64,000 bases of DNA. Origin: Opitutaceae bacterium (GTDB lineage Bacteria; Verrucomicrobiota; Verrucomicrobiia; Opitutales; Opitutaceae). Every line of letters begins with the position of its first letter. The first letter of the stretch is position 1. The stretch is taken from assembly GCA_041662485.1 (NCBI GenBank), contig JBAZSJ010000026.1:1358-65357 (forward strand). The letters run 5' to 3'. This document shows positions 38,167 to 46,807 of this stretch, piece after piece. The translations under genes and the position numbers were made by a program. The notes under the pieces were generated by a model, which was given only the letters and a program-made list of their open reading frames with translations, had not been told where the DNA came from and searched no databases.

Positions 38167-39414
38167 CTACCTTTCCGCCCGCGCGGCCGCCTGCATCTTC
38201 GCCGCCAGCCACAACCAGAAGACCGCCGCGAAAACCAGCGCGCACGGCAGCACCAGCACCGCGTCCTTCAATCCCATGCGGTCCGACAGGAATCCCACGA
38301 GCTGTGGCGACCACAGGTCTCCAAAAAAATGAATCGCGAAAATCGAGGCCGCCATCGCGCTCGCCCGCATCGCCACCGGCACCGTTTCCAAAATCAACGT
38401 GTTCACCGGCCCGGTTGAAAGGAACAGCAGGAACATGGAGGCCACCATCATCATCCGGGCAAGCGCATCGTCCTCCAGGAGAAACGCCGCGCATCCCACG
38501 GGCGTCGCCACCAGCGCGCTCAGGCCGATCACCCACGCGTAGGCCGCCGGATTCCGCTTGTGCCACGCCGTGGAAATGAACCCGCCCAGCAAAGTCGCCA
38601 CGAGCCCCGTCACCACCAGCGACAGCCCGAAGAACCGGTCCGCCGCCGCCAGTCCCATCCCATGCACGCGGTGGAGAAACGTCGGGGCCCAGAACGCGAA
38701 TCCGCCCAGCGTGAACGTCTGCGCCACGTAGCCCAGCACCACGAGCACGTAGAGCGGCCGCCGCAGCAGGCTGACGTAGGCTTGCAAACCGGTTTGCGCG
38801 GGCTCGTCGGTCGCGGCCTTCTCAGATGGCGCGTCGCTTGATCCGCGCTTGGGCTCCTTCAAAGTAAGCAAAATCACCGCGAGCGCAAAGCCCGGCAATC
38901 CCGCCCACCAGAAGGCCGAACGCCAGCCGTAGTGCGCCGCCACCGCCCCGCCCACGATGTAGCCAAGCGCCGAGCCCACCGGAATCGCCGTGAAGAAAAT
39001 CGAAAGCGCGTTGTTCCGCTTCGCCGGCGAATAAAGGTCCGCGATCCATCCGGGGCTGATCGTCCCGTAGCTCGCCTCGCCCAGTCCCACCAGCACGCGA
39101 AACATCACCAGCGACCAGAACCCGTGCGCCGTGCCCGACAGCACCGTGCCCACGCTCCACACCGCCACGCCGCCGGCGATCAGCCATTTGCGCGGAAACC
39201 GGTCGCCCAGATAACCGAAAAACGGCGAGGTCACGAAATAGCCGAGCATGAACGCCGTCGCCACCCAGCCGAGCTGTCCATCGGTCAACTGCAGCTCGTC
39301 CTTCAGAGGCGTGAGCACCGCCGGCAGCACCTGCCGGTCGAGGTAGTTGAACAGGTTGATCCCCGTCAGCGTGAGCAGGGTCGGCAGCGGCCAGTTGCGT
39401 TGAGTCGGTTTCAA
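38167..39414 (-). CDS. MFS transporter (spinster-like)
   Basis: INLFNYLDRQ, GYLGDRFPRK and RVLVGLGEA motifs; 12 TM-like pattern. Confidence 0.92.
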   Translation of the reverse strand: MKPTQRNWPLPTLLTLTGINLFNYLDRQVLPAVLTPLKDELQLTDGQLGWVATAFMLGYFVTSPFFGYLGDRFPRKWLIAGGVAVWSVGTVLSGTAHGFWSLVMFRVLVGLGEASYGTISPGWIADLYSPAKRNNALSIFFTAIPVGSALGYIVGGAVAAHYGWRSAFWWAGLPGFALAVILLTLKEPKRGSSDAPSEKAATDEPAQTGLQAYVSLLRRPLYVLVVLGYVAQTFTLGGFAFWAPTFLHRVHGMGLAAADRFFGLSLVVTGLVATLLGGFISTAWHKRNPAAYAWVIGLSALVATPVGCAAFLLEDDALARMMMVASMFLLFLSTGPVNTLILETVPVAMRASAMAASIFAIHFFGDLWSPQLVGFLSDRMGLKDAVLVLPCALVFAAVFWLWLAAKMQAAARAER

Positions 39415-39499
39415 GCGGGCCTACTAACGAAAACTCTTCGACCGGCTTCAACGCCATAAACCGCACGCCGCTTGACCGGGGTGAACACGGCCTGTTTCT

Positions 39500-41263
39500 T
39501 TGCTGTGCATGCCGGAGACCAGCGTCCTGCCCTCACCGTCCGTCGCCCTGCTCGCGTTCAACCCGTCGAGCCTGCTCGCCGTGCGCCGGACCGGCGGTCG
39601 CCTCGATCTCGCGTTCACCGGCCACGACTTGGCCTCGGCCACCCGCCGGCTCCAAAGCGCCTTTTCCGCCCACACAACGCCTGCATCGCCCTTCACTTCG
39701 TCCGATGGCGCCACCCAGGTTTCGCTCGTGCAGGTCGAAACCGCCCCCTCCGATCCCGCCGTCGAATTCCAATCCATCGAGTCCCTGCAATCCGGCCACG
39801 ATCCCCTTTCGCCCGAACTGACCGCCGCGCTCGCCGCCTTGGAGCCGCATCTCATCGAGATTCCCTACCTCCACCTCGGCGAAAACGACTTCATCTACAA
39901 GTTCCGCCCCGAGAAGGAGCGCAATCCCGCCATCTACGCCCAGGACCCCGTCTCCGGCGCGCTCTACCAGTCCAAGCTCTGCGCCGCCCTCAAGAGCCTC
40001 GCCCGCCAGCACGAACGCTCCGCCGCCGCTCCCGTTACTCTCGACTTCGGCCCCGTCCAATACGTCCTCCCCAGCCACTTCGGTTTCTGTCTCGGCGTGA
40101 AAAACGCCATCGAGCGCGCCTACGAGACGCTCGCCGCCAATCCCGGCCGCCGCGTGTTCATGCTCTCCGAGCTGATCCACAATCCCTTCGTCAACGAGGA
40201 CCTTCTTCGCCGCGGCCTCCGTTACCTCCAAAGCGACAAGGGCGTCCCCTTCACCATCGACGGCCACAAGGCCTCCGGCGCCCCCGAGGACGCGTTGCTC
40301 TGGGATTCGCTCACGCCCGACGACATCGTGATCATCCCCGCCTTCGGCGCGACCGACGAGGACAAGCAGCGCCTCGTCCGCAAGGGCCTCGCCGTCTACC
40401 CCTACGACGCCACCTGCATGCTCGTGGAGAAGGTCTGGAAGGCCGCCCGCGTCTATGGTCGCGACGGCTACACCGTGATCATCCACGGCAAGCACGAGCA
40501 CGAGGAGACCAAGGCCACCTTCTCCAACACCCGCCGTTACGCGCCCGCCGTCATCGTGCGCGACCTCGCCGAGACCCGCCTCCTCGGCGAAATCATCGCC
40601 AGCGACGATCCGAACGTGCGCGCCCGTTTCTACGACCACTTCGCCGGACGCCATACGCACGGCTTCGATGTCAACCGCGACCTCGAACGCGTCGCCGTGG
40701 TCAACCAGACCACCCTTCTCATGAACGAGACGCGCGCGATCATCGCCCACCTGCGCGACATCTACATCGGGAAATACGGCGCCGACACCCCCGGCCGCCC
40801 GCCCCGTGTCGGCGGCAGCGGACGCAATGACACGCTTTGCTACGCGACGCAGGTCAACCAGGACGCCCTCGCCCGCGCCCTCTCCGACCCGCTCGACGCC
40901 GCCTTCATCATCGGCGGAAAAAATTCCTCCAACACCTACCAGCTCTACCGTCTCTGCGCCCAGAAGCTCGGCTCCAAGGCCTACTTCATCCAGAGCGAGA
41001 GCAACATCCTCTCGCTCGCCGAGGTCGAACACTACGTCTTCCCCGAACCCGGCGCCCATGGCGGCCACGTCGAAGTCCACCCGCTCTGGCACGATGACCA
41101 ACGCACGCCCAAGCGCATCCTTGTCACCGGTGGCGCCTCGTGCCCCGACGGCGTCATCCAACAAGTGATCACCCGCATCAACACCCTTTTCGGGGACCGC
41201 GGCCTGCGCACCATCGAGGCCGTCCAAGCCGAGCTCGACGCCCGCATCGCCGCCGAAGACTGA
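39500..41263 (+). CDS. ispH: 4-hydroxy-3-methylbut-2-enyl diphosphate reductase with long N-terminal extension
   Basis: GFCLGV, ELIHNP, DATC, NQTT, DTLCYATQ, GGKNSSNT and TGGASCPD motifs; start codon uncertain. Confidence 0.9.
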   Translation: MLCMPETSVLPSPSVALLAFNPSSLLAVRRTGGRLDLAFTGHDLASATRRLQSAFSAHTTPASPFTSSDGATQVSLVQVETAPSDPAVEFQSIESLQSGHDPLSPELTAALAALEPHLIEIPYLHLGENDFIYKFRPEKERNPAIYAQDPVSGALYQSKLCAALKSLARQHERSAAAPVTLDFGPVQYVLPSHFGFCLGVKNAIERAYETLAANPGRRVFMLSELIHNPFVNEDLLRRGLRYLQSDKGVPFTIDGHKASGAPEDALLWDSLTPDDIVIIPAFGATDEDKQRLVRKGLAVYPYDATCMLVEKVWKAARVYGRDGYTVIIHGKHEHEETKATFSNTRRYAPAVIVRDLAETRLLGEIIASDDPNVRARFYDHFAGRHTHGFDVNRDLERVAVVNQTTLLMNETRAIIAHLRDIYIGKYGADTPGRPPRVGGSGRNDTLCYATQVNQDALARALSDPLDAAFIIGGKNSSNTYQLYRLCAQKLGSKAYFIQSESNILSLAEVEHYVFPEPGAHGGHVEVHPLWHDDQRTPKRILVTGGASCPDGVIQQVITRINTLFGDRGLRTIEAVQAELDARIAAED

Positions 41264-41288
41264 CGGTCATCGCCGTCCCCGTTCAAAA

Positions 41289-41344
41289 GTGGCCGCGAGC
41301 GCCAGCGAGTGGATGCCCGTCGGCTCGCTGGCGCTCGCCGCTAC
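41289..41344. repeat. REP-like inverted doublet, family D (GTRG..GCGAGCGCCAGCGAG)
   Basis: gtggccgcgagcgccagcgag versus the reverse complement of ctcgctggcgctcgccgctac; lies between convergent genes. Confidence 0.75.
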
Positions 41345-41383
41345 GCCCACAAAGTCGAAAACCAAGCGGAGGCCATCTCCCGC

Positions 41384-42115
41384 TTACTCGTTAAACTCGT
41401 CGAAACGCCGGGGGGCCGCCTCGGCCTGAAGCGCGGCGGCCATCGCGGGATCAAGCCGGCTTTCACGCACGCGCAGCGCCTGCTCGCGCGATTTCAGCTC
41501 CTCCTCGCGCTGCTCCAGCTCGGTTTCCTTCTCCTGGTGGTCCTGCACCTTCTCGAAAAGCTTGGTTTCGCTTTGCTCGAGAAACGTCTCGCGCACGCGC
41601 AACGCCTCCTTGCCCTCCAGCAGCAGGGCCTCCTGGCGGTCGAGTTCCTCCTTCAGACGCTGAATCGCCGCCTTTTCCTCTTGGGAAAGCGCCGGCCTCG
41701 GATGCTTGAGCTTGCTCCGGGCGGCCATCAATTCCTCGCGGGCCGCGAGAAGCGCCTCGCTCTCCGCCAGCTCACGCTGCCATTCGGCGTTGCGAAAATC
41801 CCGCTCGTCCAACGTCAGTTCCCGCTCGGCCAGGCGCGCCTCGAATTGCTCCAGTGAACTCATCAGCTCGGCCGAACGATGATTGGCCAGACCGTCTCCC
41901 ACGGCGTCCGCCGCCCGGATCATCGCCACCACCTCGGCGATCTGACGGCGCGCCTCCTGCGAGGCGTCCGCCACGGCAAAGGGTGAGCGCGTCGCCATCC
42001 GAACCGAGGGCGTGGTGCGCCTCGGCAGCGCGAGCAGCGGCGGGGAGGGACGGCAAGGCGGACGTCCCGGCGGACGGATGAAATTGGAAACTCCCGGACT
42101 GTCGGTCATGATCAT
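41384..42115 (-). CDS. Coiled-coil protein (243 aa)
   Basis: E/R/L/A-rich heptad-like C-terminal half; ATG 42115 overlaps the upstream TGA (ATGA). Confidence 0.75.
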   Translation of the reverse strand: MIMTDSPGVSNFIRPPGRPPCRPSPPLLALPRRTTPSVRMATRSPFAVADASQEARRQIAEVVAMIRAADAVGDGLANHRSAELMSSLEQFEARLAERELTLDERDFRNAEWQRELAESEALLAAREELMAARSKLKHPRPALSQEEKAAIQRLKEELDRQEALLLEGKEALRVRETFLEQSETKLFEKVQDHQEKETELEQREEELKSREQALRVRESRLDPAMAAALQAEAAPRRFDEFNE

Positions 42116-43083
42116 TGTTTTTTCCTCCATTTCATAAGACGGGCGAACCATCCCGCCGCCACGATCCGCGGCGCTTCTTTCACCAAGGTTTCTTTCAACA
42201 AATCCGCGACGACTCCCTCGATCACAGGGTCGTTCAGGACGACCGTCAGATGGCGAGGCTCCTCGCCGGCGGAGATCTTCCGCTCCAGTTGCCTGCATTG
42301 ATCTTTAAACCAATCGCGCAGGATTTCCCCGCGATCCGCGAGCGCGATGCGAGCGTCCGTGAGCTGGTTTCCCGAGACCTGGAACGCCAGAGTTTTCTCG
42401 ATTGGCGAAAGAGGCTCGTGCAGTCGTTTACGCAGGGCGGCCCGCACGGGAAGCGGCTGGGCGCGCACCGCATGCGCCAGCGCCTCGATGATGTGCAGGC
42501 CGCGCTCGCCCGGACGAAACGGCAGGTGGCGCGCCAAGGCCTTCTCATCGATGTTGGAAAGGGCGTTGAGCAGGCTTCTAAAATCGCCGCCCACGATGAT
42601 GCTTTGCGCCATGCGCTGGGCCAGAAAGGCGAACTCGCGCAACGTGGCCACGTTTTCCAACCGGCAAAACGACAGCGTCTCGGGTTCCAGCGCCGTGAGC
42701 GCGATGGGGAAATCCTCGGGGATTCCCAGCTTCGCGAGATTTTTCAGCAGGGGATTCTCCCGGACCGCGGCCTGCTCGCCATGCGAAACCATCTCTCCAA
42801 AAGGCGCGTCGAACGCCAGGGTCTCCTTGAGAATTTCGATCAGGTGGTCCGCCATGCGCGGAGGCTGGCCGGCCAAAGCAAGCCGCTCCTTCACCTCGTC
42901 AAATCCAAGATCGATGTAGCTGGCCGGCGTCTCCTCCGCGCCCTTGATGGGCCAGTCCACGCCTTCCAGATTCTGCGCGAGGCTGCTCAGCGGCGTGTCG
43001 ATCAGGATGGACGAGGCGAACGCGCCGCGGACTTCGTTCCAATCGCGCGCGGTGTATCGGGAGAAGGGAGTTGCGGTCATCAT
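42112..43083 (-). CDS. Hypothetical protein (323 aa)
   Basis: Co-oriented 22 nt downstream of parA; globular composition, no certain family. Confidence 0.8.
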   Translation of the reverse strand: MMTATPFSRYTARDWNEVRGAFASSILIDTPLSSLAQNLEGVDWPIKGAEETPASYIDLGFDEVKERLALAGQPPRMADHLIEILKETLAFDAPFGEMVSHGEQAAVRENPLLKNLAKLGIPEDFPIALTALEPETLSFCRLENVATLREFAFLAQRMAQSIIVGGDFRSLLNALSNIDEKALARHLPFRPGERGLHIIEALAHAVRAQPLPVRAALRKRLHEPLSPIEKTLAFQVSGNQLTDARIALADRGEILRDWFKDQCRQLERKISAGEEPRHLTVVLNDPVIEGVVADLLKETLVKEAPRIVAAGWFARLMKWRKKQ

Positions 43084-43105
43084 GGCGGGAACGGGTTAAA
43101 AGTGA

Positions 43106-43996
43106 TCAGGCCGCATGCCGTTCAAGTTCCACCGCGAGTCGGCGGTAGTCGTTGACGACATTGTCGTGAGTGGGGTCGGTGCCCTCCAAGCCGATCAGGT
43201 TCACGGGCAGTCCGAGGGTCACCGCACGCCGCACGACCATCGCGTCGCGGATCTGCGTCTCGAAGATCTTCGCATGCGGCGCCGCCCGCTTCGCCGTCTT
43301 GAATTGGTTCAGACGAAGCTGCATCCGCATCTTCGGCACCTCGATGTCCGTCCCGGTCTTGATCGAGTTGAAGATGATGCCGTGCACCTGCGCGGATGGC
43401 CCCATCGACGCCCGGCGAAACCCCGCGGAGAGCTGGTGGAATTTTCCGAGCTTTTCCACGAGCAGCGTGAAGCCGATGAGGCTCAGCGCGTCGGGATTGG
43501 CCGGCACGTAGATCTCGTTGGCGCTGAAAACGCCGCACTGCGAGGCGCGCAGCAGGTTGGGCGGACAGTCGAACAGCACGTAGTCGTAATCCAGCGAGAG
43601 CTCGGCCAGCTGCTCCTGAAACACCAGGTAGGCCGGCTTCTTGGGATCGCCGACATATTCGTTTTCGAGGTCCACAAGATTGAACGTCGTCGGCAGCAAA
43701 TCGAGGCCCGGCAGGACCGGCTGGCCGTTCTTGTCCTCGACCACATCCTTCACGACAAGGTCTCGCAGACTCACGCCGCCCGGCTCGAAGAAAGAATAGA
43801 CCGATCCCTTGCCCTCGGCGTTGAGCTTGTTCCAGCGCTCCAAGCGCATCAGCCAGATGCTGCTGTTCGACTGCGTGTCGAAATCGCACAGGAGAACCCG
43901 CCGCCCCAGCTTGGCCAGACACGACGCCGTGTTGACGATCAAAGAGGTCTTCCCGACCCCACCCTTGTAATTGATAAAGCAAATTTTTCGGGCCAT
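43106..43996 (-). CDS. ParA/Soj family ATPase (orphan)
   Basis: Deviant Walker A NYKGGVGKT, CDFDTQSN and FDCPPNL motifs; no parB in the window. Confidence 0.92.
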   Translation of the reverse strand: MARKICFINYKGGVGKTSLIVNTASCLAKLGRRVLLCDFDTQSNSSIWLMRLERWNKLNAEGKGSVYSFFEPGGVSLRDLVVKDVVEDKNGQPVLPGLDLLPTTFNLVDLENEYVGDPKKPAYLVFQEQLAELSLDYDYVLFDCPPNLLRASQCGVFSANEIYVPANPDALSLIGFTLLVEKLGKFHQLSAGFRRASMGPSAQVHGIIFNSIKTGTDIEVPKMRMQLRLNQFKTAKRAAPHAKIFETQIRDAMVVRRAVTLGLPVNLIGLEGTDPTHDNVVNDYRRLAVELERHAA

Positions 43997-44185
43997 GGCG
44001 GAGGAGCAGCCGTCTGCTTCTTTCCCGACCATGCCCCCAAAGGCAACGTGCGCGAGCGCGTATCGCGCCGACGCCCCTTTTCACTCATTTTTCGCAGTGG
44101 GCGTATCCAGTTTAAGACTCCACTTGTAACAAAGTTGTAACGCGGGCGGCACTGGTCCGCCACGGGACGCGGGCAGACTCGCCCC

Positions 44186-44575
44186 GTGACACCTTTGATT
44201 CTCAGCGTGGACGACGAGCAGGACGTGACCGATCTGGTGCGCTTTCACCTGACGCGCGCCGGATGCGAAGTGCTCACCGCCGCCACCGGGCGCGAGGCCA
44301 TCGAACTCGTGCAGCGCCATCATCCCGATCTCATCCTGCTCGACCTGATGCTGCCGGACATCGACGGCTTCGGCGTGTGCGAGATTCTCCGCCGCCAGCC
44401 CGACACCGCCGCGATCCCCGTCGTGATCCTCACGGCGTGGGCCACGACCGACGCGCGCAGCCTCGGGCTCGACCTCGGTGCGCTCGACTACCTCACAAAG
44501 CCGTTCAGTCCACGGGAACTCGTCGAGCGTGTTCAACGCCTGCTCAGCCTGCGCCAGTCGTCCGCCACGGCCTGA
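44186..44575 (+). CDS. Stand-alone receiver-domain response regulator
   Basis: VDDE, LLDLMLPDIDG and YLTKPF motifs; no output domain. Confidence 0.9.
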   Translation: MTPLILSVDDEQDVTDLVRFHLTRAGCEVLTAATGREAIELVQRHHPDLILLDLMLPDIDGFGVCEILRRQPDTAAIPVVILTAWATTDARSLGLDLGALDYLTKPFSPRELVERVQRLLSLRQSSATA

Positions 44576-44619
44576 TGGTTTCGCTGGATTCGAGAGTCCG
44601 GGCGGCTACATTGGGCCGG

Positions 44620-45099
44620 ATGCCGAAAGCCCCCATCCGCGACGCCATTGTCGTCCAGCTCCGCCGCGAACTCGAACTGCAAGCCCGCGCCGCGCACGAA
44701 TCGCGCGAGGAGGCCACCAGCGTGGAAAACAAGGCGGAGGGCCAATACGACATGCGCAGCCAGGAAGCCGCCTACCTCGCCGAAGGCCAGGCCCGTTTCG
44801 CCGCCGAGATCGCCGAGAGCATATCGATTTATCAAACGCTCGACCTCCCCGTGTTTACCGCCGATTCCATCGTCGCCGTGGGAGCGCTCGTCACGCTCGA
44901 AGCCAAGGGCCGGCAAAGCGTCTACTTTCTCGGTCCGCGCAACGGAGGACTGGAGGCGCGCGTGGGCGATCTCGATTTTGTCGTGGTCACCCCCACCTCC
45001 CCGCTTGGGCGCCAGTTGGTCGGGCGCAAACTGGGCGACGCGGTGCAGCTCCCCGGCCGCGGCGGACCGGTGCCTCACCGCATCGTCAACATCGAGTAA
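44620..45099 (+). CDS. GreA/GreB-family elongation factor-like protein
   Basis: ENKAEGQYDMRSQEAAYLAEGQ; C-terminal VVTPTSPLGRQLVGRKLGD. Confidence 0.82.
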   Translation: MPKAPIRDAIVVQLRRELELQARAAHESREEATSVENKAEGQYDMRSQEAAYLAEGQARFAAEIAESISIYQTLDLPVFTADSIVAVGALVTLEAKGRQSVYFLGPRNGGLEARVGDLDFVVVTPTSPLGRQLVGRKLGDAVQLPGRGGPVPHRIVNIE

Positions 45100-45231
45100 G
45101 CATCCCTGGGGAAAGCCCCGGGCATTTCCTATGTAGGAGCCCATTTATGGGCGATTCGTGGGAGCGAGCTTGCTCGCGATTGCGATCCTCGCGAGCAAGC
45201 TCGCTCCCACCTCTCAACCCAACCGAAGCAA
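45096..45231. repeat. Composite ~135-bp repeat element, copy 1 (hairpin, REP A'', REP A doublet, tail)
   Basis: Near-identical to 58275-58409. Confidence 0.88.
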
Positions 45232-45282
45232 ACGTCGCGATATTCTACCCGCTACGAAAAACGCATTGGACGCCGGGCCGGC

Positions 45283-46725
45283 TCAGAGCGCGTCGTTGTA
45301 AAGCCGTTCGTAGGCGCGCGCGGCCGTCAGCCAGCCGAAGTCGCGCTTCATGCCGTTGAGTTGGGCAGTCCTCAGGAGATTTGCATTCGCGTGCAGCTTC
45401 AGCATCCGTTTCAAACCCTCGGCCACGCCCGCCACGGTGGGTGCGAAGGTGATGCCCGTTCCCGTTTCCGGATTCGAATCGATGTCGATCACCGTGTCGG
45501 CCAGACCGCCCACGCGCGTGACGAGCGGCACGGTGCCGTAGGCCTGGGAATACATCTGGTTGAGCCCGCAGGGCTCGAAGCGCGACGGCATCAGGAAAAA
45601 ATCGCTGCCCGCCTCGACGAGATGGCTCATGGCCTCGTCATGACGCGAGCAAATCGCCACGCGATCCGGCGCCAGCGCCGACAGCTTGCGCAGTTCGTCC
45701 TCAAAGCGTTTTTCGCCGGTGCCGAGCACGATGAAGCGCACGTTTTCCGTGCGGAAAAACGCCTCGTTGGCCAGCACGAGGTCCAGCCCCTTTTGCTCCG
45801 TCAACCGGCACACCATGCCGATGACCGGACCGGGGAACTTGGGGTCGAAGCCGTTTCGCTTGAGCAGATCGGCGCGACAGGCCGCCTTGCCCGCGAGATT
45901 GGCCGCCGAATATGTCGCCGGAATCAGGGCGTCCTTCGCGGGATTCCACGTGTCCGTATCGATGCCGTTGATCAACCCCACGATGTCGTCCGCCCGCGTG
46001 CCCACCACGCCGTCGAGGCCGCAGCCGAACTCGGGCGTCTGGATTTCCCGCGCATAACGCGGGCTCACCGTCGTGACGCGGTCCGCGAACAGGATGCCCG
46101 CCTTCATCATGCTCATCTGCCCGTAGAACTCCACGCCATCAATGCCCATGAGCTCGTCCGGCAGGTTCGTCCGGTAGAACGACCGCATCGGAAACACGCC
46201 TTGGAACGCGATGTTGTGGATGGTGAAGATGGTCTTCATCGCCAGCGTCGCCTCATGACGCTGCTCCGCGTGGCGAATAAGGAGGGGTAGCAGTCCGCAT
46301 TGCCAATCGTGGCTGTGCACCACATCCGCGCGGAACTCCAAAAAGCGCAGCGTCTCGACCACGCCCTTGCAGAAAAAAATAAAGCGATGGTGGTTGTCCT
46401 CGTAGTCGCGCTCGGCCGTTCCGTAGGGGAAACGCCGGTCAAAAAACTCCTCCCGGCACACCAGGTGGACGGTGAGGTTCGGCTTCGGTGAAAACGACTT
46501 CACCTCCCCGGTCATGAACGTGTCGCCCATCTCGATGCGCAGCTTGAGCGTGCGCTTCGCCGCGCTCGTGAGCGGGTGGTCGATCACCGAACGGTAGCCC
46601 GGCACGAACACCGCGACTTCATGCCCCAGATCGGCCAGGGTTGAAGAAAGCGCGCCCACCGCATCCGCCAGTCCCCCTGTTTTCACATAAGGGAACAATT
46701 CGCTGGCGACATGGACGATTTTCAT
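45283..46725 (-). CDS. glgA: Glycogen synthase
   Basis: KTGGLAD, HSHDW, TIHNIAFQG, RLTEQKG and PSRFEPCGLNQ motifs. Confidence 0.96.
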   Translation of the reverse strand: MKIVHVASELFPYVKTGGLADAVGALSSTLADLGHEVAVFVPGYRSVIDHPLTSAAKRTLKLRIEMGDTFMTGEVKSFSPKPNLTVHLVCREEFFDRRFPYGTAERDYEDNHHRFIFFCKGVVETLRFLEFRADVVHSHDWQCGLLPLLIRHAEQRHEATLAMKTIFTIHNIAFQGVFPMRSFYRTNLPDELMGIDGVEFYGQMSMMKAGILFADRVTTVSPRYAREIQTPEFGCGLDGVVGTRADDIVGLINGIDTDTWNPAKDALIPATYSAANLAGKAACRADLLKRNGFDPKFPGPVIGMVCRLTEQKGLDLVLANEAFFRTENVRFIVLGTGEKRFEDELRKLSALAPDRVAICSRHDEAMSHLVEAGSDFFLMPSRFEPCGLNQMYSQAYGTVPLVTRVGGLADTVIDIDSNPETGTGITFAPTVAGVAEGLKRMLKLHANANLLRTAQLNGMKRDFGWLTAARAYERLYNDAL

Positions 46726-46807
46726 CGCGCCAACTTAATCAGTGGCCTTCCCTTATTTCCACTGCAAAAACCCGGTCGCTTCGGGTTTTGCCGCCCCCGT
46801 AAAAGGC

